From Rhodothermales bacterium (GTDB taxonomy: Bacteria; Bacteroidota; Rhodothermia; Rhodothermales; Bin80), in the NCBI GenBank assembly GCA_965218495.1, contig OZ244626.1, forward strand, positions 1,273,122 to 1,337,121: a DNA stretch of 64,000 nt, written 5' to 3'. Shown one piece after another: positions 47,576 through 57,871 of this stretch. The notes below the pieces were generated by a model. It ran no database searches. It was not told where the DNA came from and saw only the letters and a list, made by a program, of their open reading frames with translations. Position numbers and translations under genes: made by a program. Positions within the stretch are counted from its first letter, which is position 1, and each line of letters begins with the position of its first letter.

Positions 47576-48655
47576 CTAGCGGTTTCGTCTGAGCGCAGCG
47601 TCTAGCCTGTGACGCTCCAAAGCGTCAGAGACGAGTTCGTCAACCAGACCGGTAAAGCTCAGGCCCGAATGCGCCCAAAGAAGCGGAAACATGGAATGCC
47701 GCGTGAAGCCTGGAATCGTATTGATCTCGTTGATCCACAGCCGCTCCGCCGCATCAAGAAAGAAGTCTACACGCGCCATGCCCGCACAGCAAAGCGCTCG
47801 ATATGCGCGAACTGCGAGCACTTTGAGCCTGGATGCAGTATCGTACGAAATATCGGCCGGAATCATGAGGGACGTGGCGGCTTCATCCTGGTACTTGGCC
47901 TGGTACGAATAGAATTCGTGCGTGGTAACAATCTCTCCGGGCACCGATACACGCGGGTTGCTGGTACCGACTACCGCACACTCGATTTCGCGCCCACTAA
48001 TGAATTCTTCCACGACCACTTTGTGATCGTACTTAAATGCGAGCGCGAGTGCTGCCTCAAAGCCTTCCCTCCCTGTCACCTTCGAGATTCCGATTGACGA
48101 TCCAGTGTTGGCTGGCTTCACGAACAGTGGTCGCCCCAGCGCTTCCTTGCACAGGTCGTAGGCATCCGCTGCGCTCTGGCCTTTGCGTACTACCAGCCCT
48201 TGCGCGGTAGGCAACCCTGCCTGAAGGAGTAGCCGCTTCATCACGTCTTTATCCATCCCAATGGCCGACCCCAAAACCCCGGCCCCAACGTAGGCGATTC
48301 CATACGTTTGAAGCAGCCCCTGCACGGTACCATCTTCCCCATTGGGTCCGTGCAGCACCGGAAACACCACATCCAGCGTAATAAGGGTCTCGCCCTGCGA
48401 AGCGGCCGCAACCAGCGCAGCCTTACCGCGCTGCGGGACGAGGAAGATGGCGCGACCAGCACCACCGGCTGGCCAGCCCCCATCAGCTGCTGGCTGAAGG
48501 AGCGTCCAGGTACCATCCCGCTCGATACGGATCAGCGATACGTCGTAGCGGGTCTTGTCCGTAGCCGCGTATATCGCGCGCGCAGACACGACGGATACCT
48601 CGTGCTCTGCCGACTGGCCTCCAAATAATAGCCCGATCTGCGTCCTGACAGTCAT
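47576..48655 (-). CDS. ddl: D-alanine--D-alanine ligase
   Basis: GGQSAEHEVS, PVLHGPNGEDGTVQGLL, FVKPANTGSSIGI, EINTIPGFT. Confidence 0.92.
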   Translation of the reverse strand: MTVRTQIGLLFGGQSAEHEVSVVSARAIYAATDKTRYDVSLIRIERDGTWTLLQPAADGGWPAGGAGRAIFLVPQRGKAALVAAASQGETLITLDVVFPVLHGPNGEDGTVQGLLQTYGIAYVGAGVLGSAIGMDKDVMKRLLLQAGLPTAQGLVVRKGQSAADAYDLCKEALGRPLFVKPANTGSSIGISKVTGREGFEAALALAFKYDHKVVVEEFISGREIECAVVGTSNPRVSVPGEIVTTHEFYSYQAKYQDEAATSLMIPADISYDTASRLKVLAVRAYRALCCAGMARVDFFLDAAERLWINEINTIPGFTRHSMFPLLWAHSGLSFTGLVDELVSDALERHRLDAALRRNR

Positions 48656-48767
48656 CCGATGAGCAACAGGTGGTCAGATCTAGCCTCCACTACCACAGGC
48701 ATACGACAGCAGTGGCCCTGAAAACACTAAGGATAGCATGGGCGGCCGCACGCATGGCTGGTCAAGC

Positions 48768-50072
48768 CTAGGCATTTGCCACGAGCTGCCCGTTGTTGTA
48801 TATGGCCCATGCCTTGCCGACCATCTTTTCGCCAATGAATGGCGTATTGCTGCTCTTCGACCGGACATGGCCGGCCTCAAAGGTCCACTCCGTAGTTGCA
48901 TCAAAGATTGTAAGGTTCGCCCTTGCCCCTTCACGGATCTCCGGTACAGGAATACGTAAAATTCGCCTGGGCGCAATGCAGAGCTTAAACACCGCCGCTG
49001 CAACGCTCAAATGTCCCTCGGCAATAATGTGGCGGCCCGTCAAGCCCCAGGCTGTTTCAAGGCCTATGATACCGAATGGCGCTGCGGTGAATTCCACCTC
49101 TTTTTCAAAGGAGGCATGCGGCGCGTGATCTGTACAGATCACGTCAATCGTATCGTCCCGCAGTCCTCGCTTGATGCCGTCCAAATCCTTGGCCGTTCTT
49201 AGGGGCGGGTGCATCTTGGTTGTGGTGGAAAACCCGCTCTCCTCCACGGCCTCGTCCGTTAGCGTAAAATGGTGGATACAGACTTCCGAAGTTACATTGA
49301 TACCCTTCGCTTTGGCATGGCGTACCAAGTCCACGCTGGCCGCGGTGGAAATATGCGGGACATGCAGACGCCCCCCGGTAAGCTCTGCAAGCAGCAGGTC
49401 CCGTGCAAGCATAGACTCTTCTGACAGCGCGGGTACAGGGACAATTCCCAGACGCGCGGAAACATCTCCCTCATTCATGTGGCCCTTCGCCCCCATCGCC
49501 GTGTCCTCCAGATGGTTGACGACCGGTCGATCCAGCATGGACGCATATTCCAATGCACGCCGCATCAGATGCCCATCCTGCACTGGCGATCCATCATCGC
49601 TAAAGGCCACGGCGCCGCATTCGGCCAGTTCGTGAAGCGGTGCCAGTTCAACGCCTGCCCGATTTCTTGAGATGCACGCTATGGGGTAGACATCTACGGG
49701 CAAGCGTGCCGCACGCTTTTGTATGGCAAGGACGACCTCCTTGGAGTCGATGGGCGGATCGGTGTTAGGAAGGCAAGCGACTGCAGTAAATCCACCAAAG
49801 GCCGCAGCCCGACAACCCGTTACAATCGTTTCCTTGTGCTCGAAGCCCGGCTCGCGCAGGTGAACGTGCATATCCATCCAGCCCAGCGAGATGAGCCTCC
49901 CTTCCGCGTCGTACACCTGGATGCCTGGTGCTGTAATCTGCTGGCCTATCTCGGCGATGACGCCACCCTTAATATGGACGTCTGCACGGCGCATAGTGCC
50001 CGATTCTGGATCAAGCAGTATTCCGCCCCGGATAAGCCAATCCTGCATCGTCTGCGGCTTGCGTAAGATCAA
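48768..50072 (-). CDS. pyrC: dihydroorotase
   Basis: DMHVHLREPGFEHKETI...GGFTAV..LPNTDP...FSDDG...CTDHAPH. The true start is possibly the internal Met at 50048. Confidence 0.88.
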   Translation of the reverse strand: MILRKPQTMQDWLIRGGILLDPESGTMRRADVHIKGGVIAEIGQQITAPGIQVYDAEGRLISLGWMDMHVHLREPGFEHKETIVTGCRAAAFGGFTAVACLPNTDPPIDSKEVVLAIQKRAARLPVDVYPIACISRNRAGVELAPLHELAECGAVAFSDDGSPVQDGHLMRRALEYASMLDRPVVNHLEDTAMGAKGHMNEGDVSARLGIVPVPALSEESMLARDLLLAELTGGRLHVPHISTAASVDLVRHAKAKGINVTSEVCIHHFTLTDEAVEESGFSTTTKMHPPLRTAKDLDGIKRGLRDDTIDVICTDHAPHASFEKEVEFTAAPFGIIGLETAWGLTGRHIIAEGHLSVAAAVFKLCIAPRRILRIPVPEIREGARANLTIFDATTEWTFEAGHVRSKSSNTPFIGEKMVGKAWAIYNNGQLVANA

Positions 50073-50376
50073 GCAATATACCGCACTGAGGCCAAAAGGA
50101 CCATTTGTGCACCTTGCAGCACGTGCAACTTTCCATCTAGACCCCTGTTCAATCGCGAGAAATTGCCTTCCGGCCTACCCATGACCGTGCGATACACCGT
50201 CATTCTCTGCACGCCGATTTTGGGCCTGACGAGTGTCAAAGCGTTCTTTGCGTAATACCGCCTGGAACACGAATCATGGGATGTATTAGTGATCTCAGCC
50301 CAGACCGGGCCAGCGTGCTGACTTCGTTTGTTTGCCCCACACCGCCATTCCCGGCTAAAACCAACAACTCCCTGCT

Positions 50377-51120
50377 ATGGCTGTTACAACCCTTGAGCCT
50401 AACGATATCCATGTCCTCGTCGTTGATGACGAAGTAGACGTTACAGAGGTCATTAGTCACTTTTTTGAACGTGAGGGCTACAACGTCACGGTAGCCTACG
50501 ATGGCGAGGACGCGCTGCAGAAGGTCAGTTCCACGATCAATCTGATCTTGCTGGACATCATGCTTCCTAAGCTTGACGGCTTTCAAGTCTGCCAGCAGTT
50601 GCGCTCACGCGTTGAGACGGAGACCATCCCGATCATCTTCTTCAGCGCTAAGGTCGAAGACGAAGATCAGATTCGCGGCCTTATGGTGGGCGGTGATGAC
50701 TACCTCACCAAGCCTGTTTCGCCCCACGTGATTCTGGCCCATGCCCGTGCCGTGCTGCGCCGCAGTGGCGTGGAAGAAAGCAAGACGCTGACCGTAGACA
50801 ACCTCACGATCTACGAAGAAGAGTACCGCGTGTCGTATGATGGAGAAGATCTTGGGGTGACACTCACCGAGTTTGAGTTGCTGCGCTATCTCGTTCGGCA
50901 CCCACGCAAGGCTTTTCGTCGGAAGCAACTCCTTGAAACCATCTGGAAGGATGCCATGATGGTCACCGAACGGACCGTTGACGCACACATAAAAAATCTG
51001 CGGGAAAAGCTCGGCCCTTTTGCCGCCCATATCCAAACAATAAGGGGTGTAGGGTACCGTTTTGTGCATGATGCCGACGATACCAGTGGGTTGGATGTCC
51101 CCGCTGAAGGGTCTGGGTAG
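50377..51120 (+). CDS. OmpR/PhoB-family response regulator
   Basis: Receiver domain (VVDDE...LLDIMLPKLDG...AKVED) plus a winged-helix output (LTEFELLRYLVRHP...VDAHIKNLREKL...IQTIRGVGYRF). Confidence 0.9.
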   Translation: MAVTTLEPNDIHVLVVDDEVDVTEVISHFFEREGYNVTVAYDGEDALQKVSSTINLILLDIMLPKLDGFQVCQQLRSRVETETIPIIFFSAKVEDEDQIRGLMVGGDDYLTKPVSPHVILAHARAVLRRSGVEESKTLTVDNLTIYEEEYRVSYDGEDLGVTLTEFELLRYLVRHPRKAFRRKQLLETIWKDAMMVTERTVDAHIKNLREKLGPFAAHIQTIRGVGYRFVHDADDTSGLDVPAEGSG

Positions 51121-51162
51121 GTCCTGAGGTAGAGTTACTGGTGCCGTGTCTTCGCTGGCGAT

Positions 51163-52620
51163 ATGCACTGGATTCGTAAGCTCCAGGAGTTGATATTCCC
51201 CAAGCGCGCTTCCACGCAAACGTGGATGTTCTTGACGCTTGCGCTCCTGGTCACGCTATCTATCGCTTGCGTGGCACTGTACGTGCTTTTTATTCACGGA
51301 AGCCAGGTCCAGGACGCCGCACACTCAGCGTATATGGCGCAGGCTTCGCAGATTGCCAAAATCATTGACGAGGCCAAAACCGACAGTGCGCAAGCACGAG
51401 TGACCGCGGCCCTGTCAGACGCGATGCAGCTGCATATCGTGGTCGCTCGTGGTGATTCCGTGATGTGGAGCAGCAAGCCCGAAACATTCGGGAGCTCTGT
51501 TGCACCGGAAGAATGGCCGCAGGTATGGCAACAGCTGAAGAGCAATGGCCACTCATTTGTTAACTGGCAGACCCCTGCCGGCGGGCGAAGGGTACTCCTC
51601 TCTATGGACCTGCCCGGCTCTGGCGTGACTGTTGTAGTAGAGCGACTCGAAAGCCCACTTCATATCGAAGCGCGCCGCTCACGATGGACACTCTTGTTGG
51701 GCATGATCATGGCGTTACTCATGGCCATGGTCAGCAGCTGGGTAATGGCTGACAAGGTTACAACGCCACTCTTGGCTATAGGGCGAAGCGCAAAGGACAT
51801 CATCGCGGGCAACCTGGACACGCCGATACGCGTCGAAACGCGCTCCGCAGAGATTCAAGACCTTGCTGCTCATCTGGACCGGATGACCGTCAGCAATTTG
51901 GAGAAGATCAAGGAGCTGGAACGGCTCACGCGGCTGCAAGGCGAATTTATCGGAAACGTTTCCCACGAGGTCCGCAATCCGATATTTACCATCAGCGGGT
52001 ACCTGGAAGCACTCGGCTCTCCAGATCTTGGTGGTGCCAAGCGCAAGCGCTTTGCGGCCAATGGGCTTATGAACCTTGCGCGCCTGGGCAACTTGTTTGA
52101 GAGCCTGATTGAGATAGCGCGCCTGGAGTACCGAGAGGATTGGATCAAGCCGAGCAGGTTTAACATGGCGGAGTTGATGGACGAAGTGACAGATATGCTC
52201 CGCCCAAAAGCCGCGGAAAAGGGCATCACAATACACCTTGCTGGCAACGCTCTTTTTGTGCAGGCAGATCGCGACAGGATTCGGCGGGTACTCGTGAACC
52301 TGATTGATAATGCTATCGTCTACAGCGACCACGGTACCGTGTTTTGCCGCCTTGCGCGCCAGAAAGATAAGGTGCGAATTGAGATAGTCGACCAAGGTCG
52401 TGGCATCAGCGAGGTGCACCAGGAACGTATCTTTGAACGATTTTTCCGAGTTGAGCCCGACCGTTCACGCAAGAGTGGCGGGGCGGGCTTGGGGCTTTCC
52501 ATCGTAAAACAGATTCTTCAGGCCCATAAGGAGCGAATCACTATCGAAAGTCAGGTGGGCCAAGGCACGCGATTCTGGTTTGAGTTGCCTTACGTCGGCG
52601 AGCGGGCGCCGGTGCGCTAA
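51163..52620 (+). CDS. sensor histidine kinase (TM-sensor-HAMP-HisKA-HATPase)
   Basis: H-box FIGNVSHEVRNPI, N-box LVNLIDNAI, G-boxes VDQGRGI and GGAGLGLSIV. It lies 43 bp after the response regulator. Confidence 0.88.
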   Translation: MHWIRKLQELIFPKRASTQTWMFLTLALLVTLSIACVALYVLFIHGSQVQDAAHSAYMAQASQIAKIIDEAKTDSAQARVTAALSDAMQLHIVVARGDSVMWSSKPETFGSSVAPEEWPQVWQQLKSNGHSFVNWQTPAGGRRVLLSMDLPGSGVTVVVERLESPLHIEARRSRWTLLLGMIMALLMAMVSSWVMADKVTTPLLAIGRSAKDIIAGNLDTPIRVETRSAEIQDLAAHLDRMTVSNLEKIKELERLTRLQGEFIGNVSHEVRNPIFTISGYLEALGSPDLGGAKRKRFAANGLMNLARLGNLFESLIEIARLEYREDWIKPSRFNMAELMDEVTDMLRPKAAEKGITIHLAGNALFVQADRDRIRRVLVNLIDNAIVYSDHGTVFCRLARQKDKVRIEIVDQGRGISEVHQERIFERFFRVEPDRSRKSGGAGLGLSIVKQILQAHKERITIESQVGQGTRFWFELPYVGERAPVR

Positions 52621-52757
52621 GACTTGCATCCCTGCAGTGGATACAGGCTGGAACCCCGGACGGGTCACGTGAGTATTTGTCTGCCGGCTTGCACATCTGG
52701 TTATTCCAGCACTGGCCGGTTCTTAGAAGGTCTGCCCCGGTTGCAAAAAATGCGCAC

Positions 52758-54920
52758 ATGGCGCACCGCCTACTCGATACAGGACTGACTGACAAGCACC
52801 AACCCGTCAGCCAACCCGTTGACGCCACTCAAAATGGCGTCAACGGTAGCCAGTTGCACGACGCGCCTGTGGACAGCGGTATCACCGGTGCCGGGCTTGA
52901 CGTAAAGCTTGTAGGTCCGGCGGACTTCGACGCGGCGACACTCCTGCATGTTTTTCGCACGATGCTGACCGCGCGGCGTCTGGATAACAAAATGCTGGCG
53001 CTACTCAAGCAAGGCAAGGGTTTTTTTCACATTGGGTGTGCAGGGCATGAGGCAACACAGGCGGCCATAGGGCTGCTCTCCCGCCCGGGACACGATTGGT
53101 TCACCCTGTACTATCGAGACCTGGTGATGGCGCTCATGCTAGGCCAGACCGTGGAAGACACCCTTTTGGACCATCTGGCCAAAGCCAGCGGCGGCAACTC
53201 CGGCGGGCGTCAGATGCCTCAGCATTTCTGCTCGCGCGAAAGAAACGTCTTTTCCGTCGCTTCCTCAGTTGGCTCCCAATACTTACCCTCTTTGGGCATG
53301 GGCCTTGCCATCCAACGACAAGCGACCGACGCCTATGTGCTCTGCTCAAGTGGGGATGGCGCAACGTCTCAAGGCGATTTTCACGAGGCGCTGAATTGGG
53401 CCGCGCGCAGCAGCGCACCTGTTCTTTTTCTGGTTCAGGACAACAAGTACGCCATATCAGTACATGTATCTGACCAGACGGCTGGCGGCACGCCTTACAA
53501 GGTCGCCGCTGGGTATGAGGGCTTGGTGCGCTACAGGGTAGACGGGACAGACTTTTTTAAGGTGTATGCGGTGGCAACGGCGGCAATCGATCACATGCGC
53601 CAAGGAAACGGCCCCGTCTGCCTTGTTGCAGATGTTGTACGACTCTTTCCGCATTCATCATCAGACAATCACCTCAAATACCGAACGGAGAAGGAGCTCA
53701 TTCAGGCTCGCGAGGTTGATCCTATCTCGCGCATGGAGACAGCTCTTCTTGAAGCCGGCATCTTGACTGCGGCAGAGTCAGAAGCCATGCGCGCGGATAT
53801 CACTCGGCAGGTCAATGAGGCCGCCGTATGGGCGCAGGAACAACCCGATCCTCTGCCCCAATCGGCCACCGAGCACGTATTCTTTGGCGGTGCCCCTCCC
53901 GTAACGGAAGACCGAGAGTTTTCGGGCGGTAGCCCTATCGTTATGGTTGATGCAATCAATCACGCGCTCCACGAAGAGATGGAGCGAGATGACAGAGTGC
54001 TGGTCTATGGCGAGGATGTCGCTGGCCCAAAGGGCGGAGTATTTACAGCCACCAGAAAGCTGACCGCCCGCTTTGGTCAAGAAAGGTGCTTCAACTCGCA
54101 GCTGGCCGAGGCATCAATCGTTGGTACTGCGGTGGGATTCAGCGCAGCGGGTTATAAGCCGGTGGTAGAGATCCAGTTTGCGGACTACATCTGGCCTGCA
54201 ATGCAGCAGCTGCGCAGTCAGGTATCATCGCTTCGGTACCGGTCCAACAACGACTGGAGCTGCCCAATGGTTGTCCGCGTGCCCGTTGGAGGATACATTC
54301 ATGGCGGACCCTGCCATTCCCAGCATGTAGAAAGCATCTTTGCGCACATGCCGGGGTTCCGCGTCGTGTTGCCTTCGACTGCCGCCGACGCCAAAGGGCT
54401 CCTGAAGACGGCGATTAGAAGCCAAGACCCGGTGCTGTTTCTGGAGCATAAGGCCTTATATCGGTCGATTGCCGCTCGCACCCCTGAGCCGGACGCTGAC
54501 TACCTGCTGCCATTCGGCAAGGCCCGCATTTGCCGCGAAGGCCACGATCTGTCGATCGTCACCTACGGCTACATGGTCCACAAGTGCCTGGGCGTGGCAC
54601 ATTCGTTGGCCCGAGAAATGGACGCTTCAATTGAGGTGATCGACCTTCGAACGATCATGCCAGTCGATATGGACACGGTCATCCAGTCAGCCCGACGTAC
54701 CAACCGAGTCCTGGTGGTTCACGAAGACCACGAGTTCATCGGCTTTGGAGCAGAGCTTTGTGCGCAGGTTGCTGACACGGCATTCGAGTACCTCGATGCG
54801 CCGGTGCGCCGCCTCGCGAGCAAGTTCGCCTACGTGGCCTTTGCCGACCCGCTGGAACGCGCCATCTTGCCACTGGAAGAGGACATCATGGCCGCAACCC
54901 GGGCCCTCCTCCACTATTGA
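52758..54920 (+). CDS. fused alpha-beta E1 component of a 2-oxoacid (branched-chain-type) dehydrogenase
   Basis: The N-terminal half has the TPP motif SGDGATSQGDFHEALNWA...LFLVQDNKYAIS. The C-terminal half is transketolase-like beta (VYGEDVA..GGVF...FNSQLAEASIVG...PVGGY.HGG). The Met at 52758 is chosen, and the ORF is open from 52677. Confidence 0.85.
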   Translation: MAHRLLDTGLTDKHQPVSQPVDATQNGVNGSQLHDAPVDSGITGAGLDVKLVGPADFDAATLLHVFRTMLTARRLDNKMLALLKQGKGFFHIGCAGHEATQAAIGLLSRPGHDWFTLYYRDLVMALMLGQTVEDTLLDHLAKASGGNSGGRQMPQHFCSRERNVFSVASSVGSQYLPSLGMGLAIQRQATDAYVLCSSGDGATSQGDFHEALNWAARSSAPVLFLVQDNKYAISVHVSDQTAGGTPYKVAAGYEGLVRYRVDGTDFFKVYAVATAAIDHMRQGNGPVCLVADVVRLFPHSSSDNHLKYRTEKELIQAREVDPISRMETALLEAGILTAAESEAMRADITRQVNEAAVWAQEQPDPLPQSATEHVFFGGAPPVTEDREFSGGSPIVMVDAINHALHEEMERDDRVLVYGEDVAGPKGGVFTATRKLTARFGQERCFNSQLAEASIVGTAVGFSAAGYKPVVEIQFADYIWPAMQQLRSQVSSLRYRSNNDWSCPMVVRVPVGGYIHGGPCHSQHVESIFAHMPGFRVVLPSTAADAKGLLKTAIRSQDPVLFLEHKALYRSIAARTPEPDADYLLPFGKARICREGHDLSIVTYGYMVHKCLGVAHSLAREMDASIEVIDLRTIMPVDMDTVIQSARRTNRVLVVHEDHEFIGFGAELCAQVADTAFEYLDAPVRRLASKFAYVAFADPLERAILPLEEDIMAATRALLHY

Positions 54921-54970
54921 TCTACTGCCAATTCTCGTACAGCTCCAGCAGAGGCAGGTATACTCCTGGC

Positions 54971-56137
54971 CTATGCCATGGCCAGGGCGGCGGTCAGATC
55001 GGCTTCCAGGTCCTGGACATCTTCCACGCCAACCGATAGCCGTATCAGACTGTCACTGAGTCCTATGGCCGCCCGCTTTTCCTTTGGGATGGAAGCGTGC
55101 GTCATCGTCGCCGGGTGTCCGATGAGGCTTTCCACGCCGCCGAGGCTCTCGGCCAACGTAAAGATTTGCGTAGCCGAGAGCACGCGCATCGTAGCGTCCA
55201 TGCTGTCATTAGCCAAGCAGAACGAGATCATCCCCCCGAAGTCTGACATCTGGTGCTTTGCCAGCATGTGACCGGCATCAGACGTGAGCCCAGGATAGTA
55301 TACACGCCCGACTTTTGGGTGCGAGTCAAGGAACAGGGCTAGGCGGCGGGCATTGGCACAGTGTCGCTCCATTCGAACGTGCAGCGTCTTGGAGCCCCTC
55401 AAGAGCAGGAAACAGTCTAGCGGCCCCGGAACCGCGCCGGCGCACATCACCTGAAATCGCAGCTGCTCCGCCCAATCATTGCGGTTGGTACAGACCGCGC
55501 CACCAATTACATCCGAATGCCCTCCGATGTACTTCGTCGTGGAATGCAAAACCAGATCCGCACCTAAGGCCAACGGCAGCTGCAGATACGGTGTGGCAAA
55601 TGTGTTGTCCACCACCACATCTGCCTCGTGGATTCTGGCTATCTCGACGACGGCCGCGATGTCTATCACATGCAGCAGGGGATTCCCTGGCGTCTCCAGC
55701 CAAAGAAGACGTGTACCCGGCAGCATACGCTGCTTTACGGCATCCAAGTCTCTCATGTCAACAAAGGACGACAGAATGCCGAGAGGGCCATACACCCGCG
55801 TAAGAAGCCGGTAGTTACCCCCATAGAGGTCACTTGAGCACAGGACATGATCACCGGGCCTCAGGCACTTCAGAATTGCATCTGCCGCCGCTACTCCTGA
55901 AGCAAAGGCCACCGCATGATTGGCACCCTCCAAGGCCGCCAGGTTAGCCTCTAGCGCCGTTCGCGTAGGGTTGGATACCCGTCCATATTCGAATCCCTTG
56001 TGCTCACCAGGGCGCGTCTGCGCGTACGTTGAACTCTGATAAATCGGTGTCATTATGGCACCAGTCCCAGCATCTGGTGCTTGCCCAGCGTGCACCGCCT
56101 TGGTACCAAACCCCCAGGACGTGTCCATTGCAGACAT
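54971..56137 (-). CDS. PLP-dependent transsulfuration enzyme (cystathionine gamma-synthase/beta-lyase/O-acylhomoserine thiolyase family)
   Basis: FGTKAVHAGQ...TPIYQSSTY...GFEYGRVSNPTR...HSTTKYIGGHSDVIGG (PLP lysine)...SLGGVESL. The Met at 56137 is chosen, and the ORF is open to 56215. Confidence 0.85.
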   Translation of the reverse strand: MSAMDTSWGFGTKAVHAGQAPDAGTGAIMTPIYQSSTYAQTRPGEHKGFEYGRVSNPTRTALEANLAALEGANHAVAFASGVAAADAILKCLRPGDHVLCSSDLYGGNYRLLTRVYGPLGILSSFVDMRDLDAVKQRMLPGTRLLWLETPGNPLLHVIDIAAVVEIARIHEADVVVDNTFATPYLQLPLALGADLVLHSTTKYIGGHSDVIGGAVCTNRNDWAEQLRFQVMCAGAVPGPLDCFLLLRGSKTLHVRMERHCANARRLALFLDSHPKVGRVYYPGLTSDAGHMLAKHQMSDFGGMISFCLANDSMDATMRVLSATQIFTLAESLGGVESLIGHPATMTHASIPKEKRAAIGLSDSLIRLSVGVEDVQDLEADLTAALAMA

Positions 56138-56192
56138 ACTCTTCGCCTTACATCCCTCCGCGGAAGCAATCAGACATGGAACCCTTCCCCCT

Positions 56193-57446
56193 CTACTGAC
56201 CGCCAAACGCCGCACACTCCGTCACGGCATCCGCCTTCGATCGCTGGTTGGTATGTCCGTATGCACGAAATAAGGCGCGGCAGATATCGCGTGGCTGCTC
56301 CAAAGCGTCCTCTGCCAGGTTCTTTGCTATTTCAAGGTGCTCTATAGCGCCATGAAAAAGGGATTGGCGGCGAACATCCAGCTCCTTCTGACGGGTCTCC
56401 ATCCGCGCCTGGGTACTAGCTGCCAAATCGCTACGCTGGCGATCCAGCGAGTCACTGATGGCATTGTAGGCCTCAATGACGCCTACCGCCTCGTTTATCA
56501 TCGCCGCCCCCAGGTTGAAGCGTGCTTTTGTGTAGCCGGGATCCAGTCGCACCGCATCCGCAAGCTTTGCGATAGCACCTATGTAGTCCTGCACGGTCAA
56601 AAGTAGTGTGCCATAGTTGTACAGGTACACCCTGTCCTCCCGCTTTTCCTCATACTGAGACTCAAAATACGCGATTGCTTCTTGTGGCTCACCGGCGTGA
56701 GCGTAGTAGTTTAGCAGCATATCACGCAGCTCAGCGTCTCCCGCATGGTGCTGAAGGCCCCTTTCCAGTACTCGAACTGCCCGCAGGTAAAGCTGTGACC
56801 GATCAGATTCGACCGCGGTCCGGCTCGCTATCAAATCCATTACCCTCGCCAGATACACGAATAGCTCTCGAGCCGTATGACCCAAGCTTAACGCTGCTTC
56901 ATATGCCTCCACAGCGCGGGAGAACATGCCCCCACTGTAGTACGCCATAGCCTCATTCACATAAGCGCTGACTGAGTCCGGCAGCACGGTCGACGCATTG
57001 CGAAACAGCATTGCGGCCACTGTGAATGCATCTTGCACCTCCTCCGCGCCCACATTTACAGCCTCGCTGTATGCCTCTATTCCCGCGTTAAACTCACGCA
57101 GATATACGACATGCAGGCGGCGTTCGACATCCTGAAACCGTGAGGCATCGATCTCCACGCTACGCCGGTAAGCCTGCGCCATCTCTTCCATAAGCGCAGC
57201 CCGTTCGTCCATATTGGTGGTTTCGGACAGCAGTCCCAGTACGATCTCTCCCTTTAGCGCCAGCGCTTCGCTGTTGTTGGGGTCCGCTTCTAAAGCCTTG
57301 GCGATGTTTTCGAGCGCTCGGGAGAAATCCTTGCTTCTGAGGTCAAGCTTAGCCCCCTCTAGGTTTGGATCACTGCCGCAGCGGGCGATACCTAGGCACA
57401 GAAGCGCAACGCATATCGAGACAACAATGTGTCGGGCACGGGGCAT
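56193..57446 (-). CDS. TPR-repeat protein with N-terminal signal sequence
   Basis: 417 aa with a hydrophobic N-terminus ending ..LGIARCGS, followed by repeated A/Y/L-rich 34-residue-type units (ALENIAKALEADPNNSEALALKG..., AIAKLADAVRLDPGYTKARFNLG...). Confidence 0.7.
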   Translation of the reverse strand: MPRARHIVVSICVALLCLGIARCGSDPNLEGAKLDLRSKDFSRALENIAKALEADPNNSEALALKGEIVLGLLSETTNMDERAALMEEMAQAYRRSVEIDASRFQDVERRLHVVYLREFNAGIEAYSEAVNVGAEEVQDAFTVAAMLFRNASTVLPDSVSAYVNEAMAYYSGGMFSRAVEAYEAALSLGHTARELFVYLARVMDLIASRTAVESDRSQLYLRAVRVLERGLQHHAGDAELRDMLLNYYAHAGEPQEAIAYFESQYEEKREDRVYLYNYGTLLLTVQDYIGAIAKLADAVRLDPGYTKARFNLGAAMINEAVGVIEAYNAISDSLDRQRSDLAASTQARMETRQKELDVRRQSLFHGAIEHLEIAKNLAEDALEQPRDICRALFRAYGHTNQRSKADAVTECAAFGGQ

Positions 57447-57871
57447 AGTATCTGAGAAGTAGTTGCGTTGAAATCACTATGACAACGGCGCCCCAAAAAT
57501 GTTCTACGATACCGCCCGCCAAGCGGGGCCTTCGTGTCGCTCACAAGACAGGCACATCCACGTCCGTTCACTAAAGACCACTCCGAATGCAGCCCGCAAT
57601 GCCAATCCACCACAGGTGGCCCGCTCTACAATACCCGCCGACCATGCGGCCTGCCATCTCACAATAGCAAATCCAATTGGGCCCAGCGCTCTGCGCGAAT
57701 GCATAGTCAGCCTCCTACCTCAAGGCTGACCAGCCACAAACAGAGACGGCCAAGGGGCGTGAATGTCCCCTTGGCCGCTACCGATTCTTTACGCTACCAG
57801 AAGCCGCCAGTCCCCAGCACACACGCAGGATCCGGCCGAGCTAACTGGAGGCCCAATAGTATATTCGCCAG

